Shown here: piece by piece, positions 25,234 through 34,733 of the stretch
Position numbering within the stretch: position 1 is the stretch's first letter
Layout: each line of letters begins with the position of its first letter
Origin: Sumerlaeia bacterium
GTDB taxonomy: Bacteria; Sumerlaeota; Sumerlaeia; SLMS01; JAHLLQ01
DNA: 38,282 nucleotides
Reading direction: 5' to 3'
Assembly (NCBI GenBank): GCA_040219255.1
Contig: JAVJSW010000013.1
Location: forward strand, 1-38,282
Translations under genes and position numbers: made by a program
The notes under the pieces: model-generated
Told to the model about the DNA's origin: nothing
The model's input: only the letters and a program-made list of their open reading frames with translations
Databases searched by the model: none

Positions 25234-26421
25234 ATGCAGAATCTTCTCAACCTCTTCCGATGGCTTTTCACCAAAACGCTGCCCGCCGGGCGGTTGCTGG
25301 GGATTCCGTTGCGGGTCCATCTGCTGTTCGTGATTTTCGTGCCGTTCCTGGCTTTTCCCATGTTCCAGATGTACAGCGGCGCGGCCTATCCGCTGTGGCT
25401 GGCGCTGCTGCTGGCGCTGGCCTATCCGGGCGTGCTGTACGGGTCGGTGCTGGCGCACGAGTTCGGCCATGCCTGGGGCACGCGGCTGGTGGGGGGCAGC
25501 ACGGAGACGATTTACCTGACGCCGGTGGGCGGGCTGCACATGGGCACGGGATCGGACCTGTCGCCGCGCACGGAACTGCTGGTGGTGGCGCTCGGCCCCG
25601 CGGTCAGCGTGGTCCTAGCCGGGGTGGGCATCGGGCTCCAGGCGATCGTGTCGGGCCTGCGGGACAACGCGGTCGCTCAGCAGTCCGAGGGCCTCTTGTT
25701 GACGTGGCTGACGGCGCTGACGCTGGTCGGCTTCCTGGCCAGCATCAACACGGTGCTGGCGGTTTTCAACCTGCTGTGCCCGCTGTTTCCGATGGATTGC
25801 GCGCGGCTGATCCGGGCTGGCTTTTCGCTCAAATACAACCCCGAAATGGTCACCCATCGGATTACGAAGCTGGGGATTGGCGTAGGCATCGTGCTGATGG
25901 TGGCGTGGCTGCTGCCGCTGCCGGCGCTGCCCATCATCGGGCCGCCCAGCGTCTGGCTTGGCATCATCGGCTTCCTGGGGTTGCAGGCCTGCCTGATGGA
26001 GCAACAGCGCTTGCAGTACGGTCAGGTGTATTCGAACAGCGACAATTGGGGCGGTAAGACGGTCTATTACGACAATGACGCGATGGCGATGGCCAAGTCC
26101 CGCGCCCGCGAGGACATGGCCCGGGTGCTGAGGAGGCGCCGCGGAACCACTCCCCGCGGCCCCGTGGTGACCCGCCGCAGCCGGCCCCTTTCGACTTTCT
26201 CTCGCGGTAAGAAGGGCCCCGCCAAGGTGATCGACATTTCTGAGGAAACGGCGCCCGGTCCGCAGCCCCCCAGCCCCGAGCGGATCGACGACGCGGGGGA
26301 GCTGAACGCGATGTTGAAGCGCGCCGTGAAGGAAGAGAATTACGAACTGGCCGCCCGCATCAAAGAGCGGCTGCGCGAGCTGAAGACCGGCGGTGGCGCC
26401 AGCGGAAAGCGCTCCTCATGA
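25234..26421 (+). CDS. Site-2 protease (peptidase M50) with C-terminal UVR (UvrB/C) motif
   Basis: GIPLRVH, HEFGH, VALGP, FNLLCPLFPMDC; C-terminal LKRAVKEENYELAARIKERL. Confidence 0.88.
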   Translation: MQNLLNLFRWLFTKTLPAGRLLGIPLRVHLLFVIFVPFLAFPMFQMYSGAAYPLWLALLLALAYPGVLYGSVLAHEFGHAWGTRLVGGSTETIYLTPVGGLHMGTGSDLSPRTELLVVALGPAVSVVLAGVGIGLQAIVSGLRDNAVAQQSEGLLLTWLTALTLVGFLASINTVLAVFNLLCPLFPMDCARLIRAGFSLKYNPEMVTHRITKLGIGVGIVLMVAWLLPLPALPIIGPPSVWLGIIGFLGLQACLMEQQRLQYGQVYSNSDNWGGKTVYYDNDAMAMAKSRAREDMARVLRRRRGTTPRGPVVTRRSRPLSTFSRGKKGPAKVIDISEETAPGPQPPSPERIDDAGELNAMLKRAVKEENYELAARIKERLRELKTGGGASGKRSS

Positions 26422-26439
26422 GGAGGGTCTTCCTGATGG

Positions 26440-26547
26440 GGAAATTCACCACAGAGCCACAGAGAGCACAGAGCTTATTGATTTTAGAAGAGATGATTGA
26501 TTAGAGGGTGAAGGCGACCGTGGACCTTCTGTTCGTGGAGAGTTTCC
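26440..26547. repeat. Intergenic fold-back element (CACCRCAGAG subtype), short
   Basis: Left GGAAATTCACCAC followed by ACAGAG x3; right GTGGAGAGTTTCC (reverse complement GGAAACTCTCCAC); AT-rich core. Confidence 0.65.
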
Positions 26548-26558
26548 GCGGGTGCCGC

Positions 26559-27362
26559 TCACAGTTCCGTCGTCAAATCGCCCAGGTCCTCGCGGATGCG
26601 CTCGATACGGCGGGTCTCGCCGGTCAGCGGATCGACCTCGAGAAAGACTCCGCAAAGCCGGACGTCTTTCGGCTCGGCGACGCCGAAGCGGCGGCGCTGG
26701 AGCGTGCGCATCGTGTAAAGGATGGGCTCGATTTCCCCGCCGATGATCGAGCGGTAAGGCCCCGTCATGCCCGCGTCGGTGATGTAGCCGGTGCCCTCGG
26801 GTAAGATCGTTTCGTCCGCCGTGGGGATGTGGGTATGGGTGCCCAGCACGGCGGAGCATTTGCCATCGAGAAACCAGCCCATGCCGACTTTCTCGCTGGT
26901 GGTTTCGGCGTGGAAATCCAGGATGACGATGGGCGTGTCGCGGCGCAGGTCCTTGACCAGGGCCGCGGCCTCGCGAAAGGGATCGTCATAGTGCGCCATA
27001 AAGGCCCTTCCGCACACGTTCGCCACCCCGACGCGAAAGCCGGCGGCGCTGTCATAGATGCCCGCGCCATGGCCCGGGGTGCCGGGGGGCATATTGGCGG
27101 GGCGGAGCAGCCGCACCTCGCGGTCGTGGACTTCCTCGCTCTTCTGCACGGCAAAGCTGTGGTTGCCACCGGTCAGACAATCGATCCCGCAATCGAGCAA
27201 CTCGGCGACGATTTTCGCCGTCACGCCCTTGCCGTGCGCGGCGTTCTCGGCGTTCGCGATGACGAACTCCGCCTCGTAGCGCCGGCGCAGTTCCGGCACC
27301 AGCTTCTTCACCGCCACCCGCCCGGGCTGGCCGAAAATGTCGCCAATAAAGAGGATGTTCAT
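26559..27362 (-). CDS. ymdB: TIGR00282/YmdB-family metallophosphoesterase
   Basis: ILFIGDIFG.PGR, NAENAAHGKG, TGGNH, DFHAETTSEK, GTHTHIPTAD, DAGMTGP. Confidence 0.95.
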   Translation of the reverse strand: MNILFIGDIFGQPGRVAVKKLVPELRRRYEAEFVIANAENAAHGKGVTAKIVAELLDCGIDCLTGGNHSFAVQKSEEVHDREVRLLRPANMPPGTPGHGAGIYDSAAGFRVGVANVCGRAFMAHYDDPFREAAALVKDLRRDTPIVILDFHAETTSEKVGMGWFLDGKCSAVLGTHTHIPTADETILPEGTGYITDAGMTGPYRSIIGGEIEPILYTMRTLQRRRFGVAEPKDVRLCGVFLEVDPLTGETRRIERIREDLGDLTTEL

Positions 27363-27442
27363 GAGAGAACCGGTGCCAATCTCAGGTCGGGAGTCAAGGG
27401 GGTCCGATTACTCTGCCGATAGGGTTGGGACGCGGCAAGGGG

Positions 27443-27918
27443 GGAATGGGAGAGCAGAAGATTTTGAAACCGCGGATGGACGCTGATGGATGAGGGAGGC
27501 CGGGGCGGTGCCGGCTGGGTCCGGGAGCCGGTGTGGTGCGATCGGTGGATCAGGGGAAGGTTCTTCAAGCGAGACGCTGAGGAGGAAATGACGCATCGCG
27601 TTATGTGAGCGGAGCATTCCAAGCAGGCCGCATGCGGCGGGGGGGGGCACATCCCACCCGAAGACATCGCGATCACTCGCTTATTATGCCTTATCGCTTG
27701 TTTCTTATTCTCCGTTACCAGCATGTGCTACTAATCGTGAAAGACGTAAATCAATTCACGTCAGTTTTTCCTCCGCTGCCTGCTCCCTTGCCACAGACCC
27801 TCCAAGAACCTCATCCCTTGATTCCCCATCGTCTCCCCTATGCGCCCGTCCATCGCCCGCCCGATTGCCTCCACCGTCCCATCCGCGGTTCCAAGTTCCT
27901 CACACCCCACCCCATTCC
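27443..27918. repeat. Intergenic fold-back element (AACCGCGGATGG subtype), long arms
   Basis: Left TTGAAACCGCGGATGGAC; right GTCCCATCCGCGGTTCCAA; inner arm matches AGGTTCTT/AAGAACCT and GGAGGAAATGACG/CGTCAGTTTTTCCTCC. Confidence 0.8.
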
Positions 27919-28001
27919 GTACCAAATCCGTCCACTTTCTCTTGGCCCAGACCCTGCAAGCCTTTACTGTCGCAACCGACTCCCTGGCCCAAGGATTTTC
28001 C

Positions 28002-29723
28002 ATGACCGTCGCCGAAACCCCCGCCACCAACGCCACCCTGGACGTCGAGGCCCTGCGCCGCGAGTTTCCCATTCTGGCGCAAACGGTGCACGATGGCAAA
28101 CCGCTGGTGTATCTGGATAACGCGGCCACGACGCAGAAGCCCCGCGCCGTGCTGGACGCGCTGGCCCACTACTACGAGGCCGACAATTCAAACATCCATC
28201 GCGGCGTCCACATCCTGAGCCAGCGTGCCACCGACGCCTACGAGGGCGCCCGGTCGAAAATCCGCGATTTCCTGAACGCGGCGAGCGACCACGAAATCAT
28301 CTACACCCGGGGCTGCACCGAGGGCATCAACCTGGTGGCGCAGAGCTGGGGCCGCGCCAACTTGAAACCCGGCGACGAGGTGCTGGTCACCTGGATGGAG
28401 CACCACAGCAACATCGTGCCTTGGCAGATGGTCTGCGAGCAAACCGGCGCGACCCTGCGCGTGGTTCCGATCCACGACGACGGATCGCTGGACATGGAGG
28501 CCTTCGCCCGGATGCTGTCCGGCAGGACGAAGTTCGTCTCCGTCGTTCACGTCTCCAACTCCCTGGGTACGGTCAACCCGGTCGAGGACATCGTCGCCCG
28601 CGCCCACGCCACAGGGGCCAAGGTTCTGGTGGATGGCGCCCAGGCGGTGCAGCACATGGCGGTGGATGTGCGGGCGCTCGATTGCGATTTCTACACCCTC
28701 AGCGGCCATAAGCTCTTTGGCCCCACAGGCATCGGCGTGCTCTATGGCAAGGAAGCGCTGCTCAACGAAATGCCCCCCTGGCAGGGCGGCGGCGACATGA
28801 TCCAAACCGTGTCGTTCGAGGGTTCGACGTGGAACGTGCTGCCCTGGAAATTCGAGGCCGGCACGCCTCACATCGCGGGCGGCGTGGGTCTGGGCGCGGC
28901 GGTCGATTTCGTGCGCGAAGTGGGCCTTGAGAACATCGCCGCGGCGGAGCATGAACTGCTGCGCTATGGCACCGAGAAGCTGTCCGCGATCCCGGGTCTG
29001 CGGCTGATCGGCACGGCGGCGAAGAAGACCAGCGTGCTCTCCTTTGTCGTCGATGGCATCCACGCCACGGACCTCGGGGCGTTGATCGACAACGAAGGCG
29101 TCGCCGTCCGCGTCGGACACCATTGCACCCAGCCGATCATGGACCGCTTTGGTGTGCCCGGCACGGTGCGGGCGTCGCTGGCGTTCTACAACACGAAGGA
29201 CGATATCGACCGCCTGGTGGCGGCTCTGGAGAAGGCGCTGGCGCTGCACGGGGGCAGCGCCGAAGGAGACCCGGCGGATCACGGGAACGAGTCGATCACC
29301 GCGGCGCAGAGCAATATCGTGCGCGAGTTTTCCCAATTCACAGAATGGGAAGATCGTTATCAGCGCATCATCGAAGTCGGGAATCGCATGCCCGACATTC
29401 CCGAGCAGTACAAGGATGCCCGCTATATCGTCAAAGGTTGCCAGAGCACGGTTTACCTGCACGCGTCCCCCACGGCCGAGGGCAAAATCCATTATGAAGG
29501 AAGCAGCGACGCCATGATCGTCCGGGGGTTGATCGCGCTGTTGCTGCGCGTTTACAATGATCGCACCCCCGACGAAATCATTGCCACGCCGCCCGAGTTC
29601 ATCCATCAGTTGGGCCTGAACGACAACCTGACCCAGGGCCGGGCCAACGGCCTGCGCGCCATGATCGAGCAAATCAAGCTCTACGCCGCTGTCCTGAAGC
29701 AGGTTCTTGGCGCCCGGGGATGA
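28002..29723 (+). CDS. sufS: Cysteine desulfurase SufS fused to C-terminal SufE domain
   Basis: YLDNAATTQKP, SGHK (PLP Lys), RVGHHC; then WEDRY...VKGCQS...SDAMIVRGL...RANGL in the same frame; AAGGA RBS. Confidence 0.93.
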   Translation: MTVAETPATNATLDVEALRREFPILAQTVHDGKPLVYLDNAATTQKPRAVLDALAHYYEADNSNIHRGVHILSQRATDAYEGARSKIRDFLNAASDHEIIYTRGCTEGINLVAQSWGRANLKPGDEVLVTWMEHHSNIVPWQMVCEQTGATLRVVPIHDDGSLDMEAFARMLSGRTKFVSVVHVSNSLGTVNPVEDIVARAHATGAKVLVDGAQAVQHMAVDVRALDCDFYTLSGHKLFGPTGIGVLYGKEALLNEMPPWQGGGDMIQTVSFEGSTWNVLPWKFEAGTPHIAGGVGLGAAVDFVREVGLENIAAAEHELLRYGTEKLSAIPGLRLIGTAAKKTSVLSFVVDGIHATDLGALIDNEGVAVRVGHHCTQPIMDRFGVPGTVRASLAFYNTKDDIDRLVAALEKALALHGGSAEGDPADHGNESITAAQSNIVREFSQFTEWEDRYQRIIEVGNRMPDIPEQYKDARYIVKGCQSTVYLHASPTAEGKIHYEGSSDAMIVRGLIALLLRVYNDRTPDEIIATPPEFIHQLGLNDNLTQGRANGLRAMIEQIKLYAAVLKQVLGARG

Positions 29724-31189
29724 GCCACGCGGACAAACCCGCGAGTGAGTCGGAAGAGCCGCCTCCATGGCGGCTCTTCTTGTATCTTACATCCGCGGCT
29801 GTCGCAATTTGTTGTATTCTCTATTTCCCATACCTCGACGCCTTCTTCTTCAGCGATGATGTCCCCGCCCTCGCCGCTACAGCCCCTTGGCTTGGCGGGA
29901 CTTGGCGCGTTGCGGCGGGGGTGTTGAGCAATGGGTTCTGGCGCCCAAGCAACTACCTGCTCTTCCACCTTCTCGCCCGTTTCGCGGGGCTCGAGCCCCT
30001 CGCCTATCACCTGACGGCGCTCGCGCTGCACGCTGTTGTCTGTGCGCAGACGGGGCTTCTCGCGCGGCGGATGATTGGAGGAGGGAGCCGCATCGCCTGG
30101 CTCGCGTCGCTCATGATGGCGACGCATTTCGCTGCCTTTCCGGTCGCGTTGATCCTGAGCAACGCGGGCGATTCGATCCTGGCGATCGGGCTGCTGGGGG
30201 CGTTGCTGATGGCCGAGCGCTGGCGTAACGACCGTTCACCCAAATCGCTGACTGGACTGTACGCCTTCGCGCTGCTGGCCTTCACCGGCAAGGAAACGGC
30301 GGTCGTGGTGCCGGTCGTTTTGGGGCTTTGGCTGGTTTTGCGGGGCGAATGGCGGGGGCCGCTACGGCGCCATGTGCTGCTCCTGACGGCGGGCGCGGCG
30401 CTGCTGGGGAGCTTGTCGCTGCATTGGATGAGCCAGCGCCCGTCCTACCTGCTGGACAGCCGGGTAGCTGCGACCGAGGCTTCGATAGCCGTTACCGCGC
30501 TCGATTACCTTGCGGGGGCCTTCTGGCCGTGGTCCGCCGAGTTCCTCGCCTGGCCTCTGACCCCGTTTCCCGTGGCCGAACCGGGGCTGGCCCGGTGGCT
30601 GGCGGCTCTTGGATTGGCGGGGGCGGGGCTCTCGTTCGCGCGGCGGCGCAGTGTCGTGGGTTTCGCCGCGCTCAGCATCCTGCTGGTGGTTCTGCCGGTC
30701 AGCGTCCTCGGGTCCGAATTGGCCCCGCGCTACCTGTACGCGGCTTTGCCTTTTGTTTGTCTCGCGTGGCTGGCGGGTCTCCGGCATTTCGGGCCGGGGC
30801 GGTTCCTGGGCCGGGCCTTGCGGATTCTGGCGGTGGGGGTCTGGGGAACGTTCCTCGCGGCCTTTGTCTGGTCGCCGACGCCGAGGATCCACCGCGAGAT
30901 CGCCGACGATATGGAAGCCTTCGCCGCCGCCGTCCACCGCGAAGCCCCTGCTTGGTCGTCCGGTGACCGGGTGCTGATTCTCGATCTGCCTCATCCGGGC
31001 GATCCGGCGAACCAATGGGTTTACAGCCAGTTGCTGCTCAACGTGCTGCTGCCGGAAACGCCGGTGACGCTGACGGTGAACCCGGCGGACGCGGCGGCGG
31101 ATTGGCGCTACCGGTGGGAGAACGGGGCATTGGTGGCGTGGGAGCCGGCGGATGGAGAGCGCGCATCGCGACCACTGCTGGGCTTGTGA
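29720..31189 (+). CDS. Polytopic membrane protein, GT-C/ArnT-PMT-like glycosyltransferase candidate
   Basis: FFSDD after TM1, WRP, YH...LH, GKE, RYLY; ATGA overlap with sufS. Confidence 0.6.
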   Translation: MSHADKPASESEEPPPWRLFLYLTSAAVAICCILYFPYLDAFFFSDDVPALAATAPWLGGTWRVAAGVLSNGFWRPSNYLLFHLLARFAGLEPLAYHLTALALHAVVCAQTGLLARRMIGGGSRIAWLASLMMATHFAAFPVALILSNAGDSILAIGLLGALLMAERWRNDRSPKSLTGLYAFALLAFTGKETAVVVPVVLGLWLVLRGEWRGPLRRHVLLLTAGAALLGSLSLHWMSQRPSYLLDSRVAATEASIAVTALDYLAGAFWPWSAEFLAWPLTPFPVAEPGLARWLAALGLAGAGLSFARRRSVVGFAALSILLVVLPVSVLGSELAPRYLYAALPFVCLAWLAGLRHFGPGRFLGRALRILAVGVWGTFLAAFVWSPTPRIHREIADDMEAFAAAVHREAPAWSSGDRVLILDLPHPGDPANQWVYSQLLLNVLLPETPVTLTVNPADAAADWRYRWENGALVAWEPADGERASRPLLGL

Positions 31190-31226
31190 CGAGAGCGGCA
31201 ACAGGTTAGTCCGCCAAGCCCTGGGG

Positions 31227-32783
31227 CTACGAGCGGGGGTAATCTTCCTTGGGGAGCCGCGGGTGGCGCAGGAGAGGCGCGCGTTCGCTGCACGGGGCCT
31301 CACCGGCGTGGCGGCGTTCGGCTTCGCGCACGATGCCATTGAGCATGCCGTTGAAAACGAAGCCGTGGAGCGGCAGGACGCCGTACCAGTAGAGCCGCCC
31401 CCAGATTCCGCCATTGGGCCAGTAGCGGGCGAGCTGGACGATTTCGGTGCCGGGTTTGCCATCGCGCCGCGGGCGCAGGCGGAATTCCAGGAGGGCGATT
31501 CCGGGGACTTTCATCTCGGCCCGCAGGCGTAGAAGGCGGTCTTCCTCCAGGTCCTCCACGCGCCAGAAATCGACCGGATCGCCCACCGCCAGGTCCTCGG
31601 GGTGAATGCGGCCGGTGCGCATACCGACGCCGCCGACGAGACGATCCAGCCACCCCCGCAACGTCCACAGCCAATTGCCATAATAGTAGCCGGTTTTGCC
31701 GCCGATGCTCTTCACCACCTCGAACAGTTTGGCCGGAGGAACGGGCGTCACGCGGCGGCGCCGGTCCGAGAACAGGACCCGCATATCGAGATTGAAGAGG
31801 TCCAGGCTGGGCAGCGTGTTGCGGTCGAACCATCGGGTCGGCACATCGCCCCGCTCGATGCGTTTGAGGGCCAACTCCACCGCCTCGCGATAGGTCAAAT
31901 CCGGCACCGGGATCCATTCACGGATGCGTTGATCGCTGGTGACGACGTCGTTGCGCAGGCCTTCGACGAGGGCCTTGGCGAGTTGAAACGGCACGTCGGT
32001 GAACAGATTGAGCCAGTACGACGAAATGCGGGGGCTGAGCATGCCGATGCGGACGATGCGAGTCCGGCATCGCATCGCCTCGGCCGCCTGGACCAGCATT
32101 TCCTCGTAGGTCATGGTGTAGCCGCCGCCGATTTCCAGCGTCTCGCCGACGGTGCGAGGTTCGCGCAGGACACCGACGAGATAGGCGAGGACCTGGCGAA
32201 TGGCGATCGGTTCGCACCGCGAGCGGACCCAGGCCGGGGTGATCATGATGGGCAGTTTGCGCACGAGATCGCGGATGATGGTGAAACTGGCCGAGCCGGA
32301 GCCGATGATGATGGCGGCGCGCAGTTCGGTGACGGGAACGCTGAAGGCGCGCAGAGCGTCGCCGACTTCGTGGCGGCTGCGCAGATGGGGCGAGAGGTCG
32401 ACGGCATGATCGCTGCCGAGGCCGCCGAGGTAAACGATGCGCTGGACGCCGCAGTCCTCGCAGGCGAGGGCGAAATTGCGCCCTCCCTGGATGTCGCGGA
32501 TTTCAAAGCCGGCGCCCTCTGTCATGGAATGAACCAGATAGTACGCCACCGAGACGCCGCGGCAGGCCTCTCGCAGTGTCGCGTAGTCGAAGACGTCCGC
32601 CGAGACCGCATGCACATCCGGCCCCCAGCGCCGCAGGCGGTCCTTGAGGCGGCGTGGATCGCGGGTCATCACCCGCACCCGGTAACCGGCCGCCACGAGT
32701 TCCGGCACCAGCCGGCCGCCCACATAGCCGGTGGCTCCCGTGACGAGGATGAGGGGTTTTTCCGGAGCGTCCGGCATGGGCAA
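31227..32783 (-). CDS. NAD(P)-binding SDR-like oxidoreductase with DUF2867 domain (YbjT-like)
   Basis: VTGATGYVG, YYLVHSM, HLRSRHEVG, IIGSGSASF; GDPVDFWRVE, AEMKVPG, GRLYWY...H. Confidence 0.9.
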   Translation of the reverse strand: MPMPDAPEKPLILVTGATGYVGGRLVPELVAAGYRVRVMTRDPRRLKDRLRRWGPDVHAVSADVFDYATLREACRGVSVAYYLVHSMTEGAGFEIRDIQGGRNFALACEDCGVQRIVYLGGLGSDHAVDLSPHLRSRHEVGDALRAFSVPVTELRAAIIIGSGSASFTIIRDLVRKLPIMITPAWVRSRCEPIAIRQVLAYLVGVLREPRTVGETLEIGGGYTMTYEEMLVQAAEAMRCRTRIVRIGMLSPRISSYWLNLFTDVPFQLAKALVEGLRNDVVTSDQRIREWIPVPDLTYREAVELALKRIERGDVPTRWFDRNTLPSLDLFNLDMRVLFSDRRRRVTPVPPAKLFEVVKSIGGKTGYYYGNWLWTLRGWLDRLVGGVGMRTGRIHPEDLAVGDPVDFWRVEDLEEDRLLRLRAEMKVPGIALLEFRLRPRRDGKPGTEIVQLARYWPNGGIWGRLYWYGVLPLHGFVFNGMLNGIVREAERRHAGEAPCSERAPLLRHPRLPKEDYPRS

Positions 32784-32843
32784 TCGGGTCCTTCAATGGT
32801 GTCGGCGAGGAGGCATGCCGGAATCGTTCCAGGGGTGGGAGGA

Positions 32844-33248
32844 GAGGAGTTGGGAACCGCGGATGGACGCGAGATGAACGCGGATTTTTGATGGCAGGGC
32901 GTTAGAGGCGGGGGAGTGGCGTTCGCGGGAAGACGGTGGGAAGGGGGATTTGAGGTGGTAGAAGCCTGGTTGGCGAGGGGGAAGAAGTGGGACGGAGAAG
33001 TGGAATAACCGGATGTGACGATACAATCCTAGGGTCTATGAAGCATACTGCGATATTCTCACAATCTATTTTGCCGTAAAGCCAGCATCTTCAATTTTCC
33101 TGGCTCCCTCTGAAGTCACCCTCCTGTTCGTTCGCTTCTCTCGTCGCCCACCCACTTAGTCTTCCTCGCCGATTTCCTCCCCACTTTCGTGTCCCCCCAC
33201 AACCCGATCCGCTTTCCTCCGTGTCCATCTCGCGGTTTCAAATTCCTC
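32844..33248. repeat. Intergenic fold-back element (AACCGCGGATGG subtype)
   Basis: Left GAGGAGTTGGGAACCGCGGATGGACGCG; right end reverse complement GAGGAATTTGAAACCGCGAGATGGACACG; purine-rich left arm, pyrimidine-rich right arm, AT-rich core about 33020-33100. Confidence 0.8.
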
Positions 33249-33258
33249 GTTTTGTCCC

Positions 33259-34359
33259 TCACGCCCCCCGCAGGTTCGCGAGGATCCATCGGCGCCGGCC
33301 GGCGCCTTCGCGTTGGCCGAGGTGGAACCGCCAGGAGGACCAGCGCCCACGGTGGGGGTGTTCGTGGAACCAATAGCGGCCGATGTAGGCGACGATCCAG
33401 TCGAGCTGGCGCTTGGGCCAGGGGTGGAAGGCCTGGGAGCGCAGCGCCGGGTTGTCGGGCACGGCACCGAGAAGGCGCTCGGCGAGGGCCATGGGGAGGG
33501 CGGTCATGCGGCGCAGGCCGCGCTCCTCGGCCATGGCGAGAAGGCGGGCGCCGTCGATCTCGCCCCGGGCGAGGAGCGCCGCGATGTCGGCGACCCAGAT
33601 AATCCGGTGCCAGGCGTGGCGTTCGCCGTGGATGCAAAGGGCGAGGACTTCGGCTTCGAGGGAGGGGGACTGGCGGGGCGCGAGGACGGTGGCTCCGCCG
33701 AGGGCCGTGGTGGGTGCGGTGCCTTCGAAAAGCCAATCGACGGGCAGGGAGACGGCCTGGCGCGGTGACGCGATGGCCCAGTGGATTTCGAGACGCTCGG
33801 GCCGGCCAGGGATGGCCTGGACTTTGGCGTTGTAGGCAGAGGGTGTGGCGTTGTCCTCGATGACGAGGGGAAAGCCGTTCTCCTTCAGGACGGCGAGGGC
33901 CCTCTCGCGGTCGTCTGGGCGGACGATCAAATCGGCGTCGCGATAGGGGCGGGCGCCGAGATCGCCGTAGAGGCGCTCGGCCAGCCAGGGACCTTTGTAG
34001 GGGAGGGCGGGGATGCTGGCGGCGTCGAGGGCGGCGAGGGCTTTGCGGAGCGCTGCGGTGAGCGGCAGGGTGCGCGCCGAGAGGCGGCGTGTGTCGCTGG
34101 CGAGACGTTCCGCCACGTCGCGTGGGATCGCGTCGATCCCATCGAGATGACGCGCCAGGAGGGGCGTGAGCGCGTTGCGGGCGGCGTGGTGCAGGAACCA
34201 GGGCCAGTCCGTTGCCGGCGGGGCCAGAAGGCCGTGGAGGTGCGCCGCCTGGGCCGGGTCGAGGCGGGGACGCGCGCAGAGGAGGAGGGCGGTTGCCTCG
34301 CGGGGGCGCTCGGTGCCGGTGGCGCCGGGAGCGATGGGGGGATCAGTCGCCGTGGCCAT
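33259..34359 (-). CDS. Nucleotidyltransferase family protein (NTP_transf_5-like)
   Basis: LPYKG..LA..LYGD.GAR...DADLIV, EIHW, HG..H.W.R..W..D. Confidence 0.85.
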   Translation of the reverse strand: MATATDPPIAPGATGTERPREATALLLCARPRLDPAQAAHLHGLLAPPATDWPWFLHHAARNALTPLLARHLDGIDAIPRDVAERLASDTRRLSARTLPLTAALRKALAALDAASIPALPYKGPWLAERLYGDLGARPYRDADLIVRPDDRERALAVLKENGFPLVIEDNATPSAYNAKVQAIPGRPERLEIHWAIASPRQAVSLPVDWLFEGTAPTTALGGATVLAPRQSPSLEAEVLALCIHGERHAWHRIIWVADIAALLARGEIDGARLLAMAEERGLRRMTALPMALAERLLGAVPDNPALRSQAFHPWPKRQLDWIVAYIGRYWFHEHPHRGRWSSWRFHLGQREGAGRRRWILANLRGA

Positions 34360-34660
34360 CGGTCAACTCGGCGAGGCCTTCGCTCAGGAGCGACGCCGCC
34401 AGCGCCAGCAGGTCGGGTTCGAGCCGGGCGGGGGGGACCTCGTATTCGGAAAGGAGAATGTCGCGGATTTCGGCCAGAGGCCGGGGCTGCTGGATGAGGT
34501 CCCAGACGCGGGCACCGACGCCATCGAGGCCATAGTAAACGCCCGTGTCGATGTTGAGGAGCGCGACCTCGCCCCCCATAGCGGAGGCGACCTGGTCCGG
34601 GGAAGGGACCAAAACGGCGTCGAGGGTGAGGCTGGCGATGGCGGAGCGGGGGTTCTTCAT
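34343..34660 (-). CDS. PqqD-family / RiPP recognition element protein
   Basis: GEVALLNIDTGVYYGLDGVGARVWDLI...EYEV...DL...L...GL; overlaps the nucleotidyltransferase start. Confidence 0.9.
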   Translation of the reverse strand: MKNPRSAIASLTLDAVLVPSPDQVASAMGGEVALLNIDTGVYYGLDGVGARVWDLIQQPRPLAEIRDILLSEYEVPPARLEPDLLALAASLLSEGLAELTDGHGD

Positions 34661-34733
34661 ACGCCGGTCAGGCTTTCGGCGGGGCGCGGACCAACGCAAG
34701 GGGAAGTGGCGCCGCGGTTTGCGTCAGTGAGAT

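Noticed and set aside
26440-26480. CRISPR or integron attC interpretation of the CACAGAG repeats and fold-back elements
   Set aside because: No regular repeat-spacer periodicity, no cas or intI genes, no RYYYAAC/GTTRRRY ends.
27363-27720. 6S RNA or riboswitch upstream of ymdB
   Set aside because: No recognisable conserved 6S or riboswitch motif by eye; the fold-back element explains the region. An Rfam scan would settle it.
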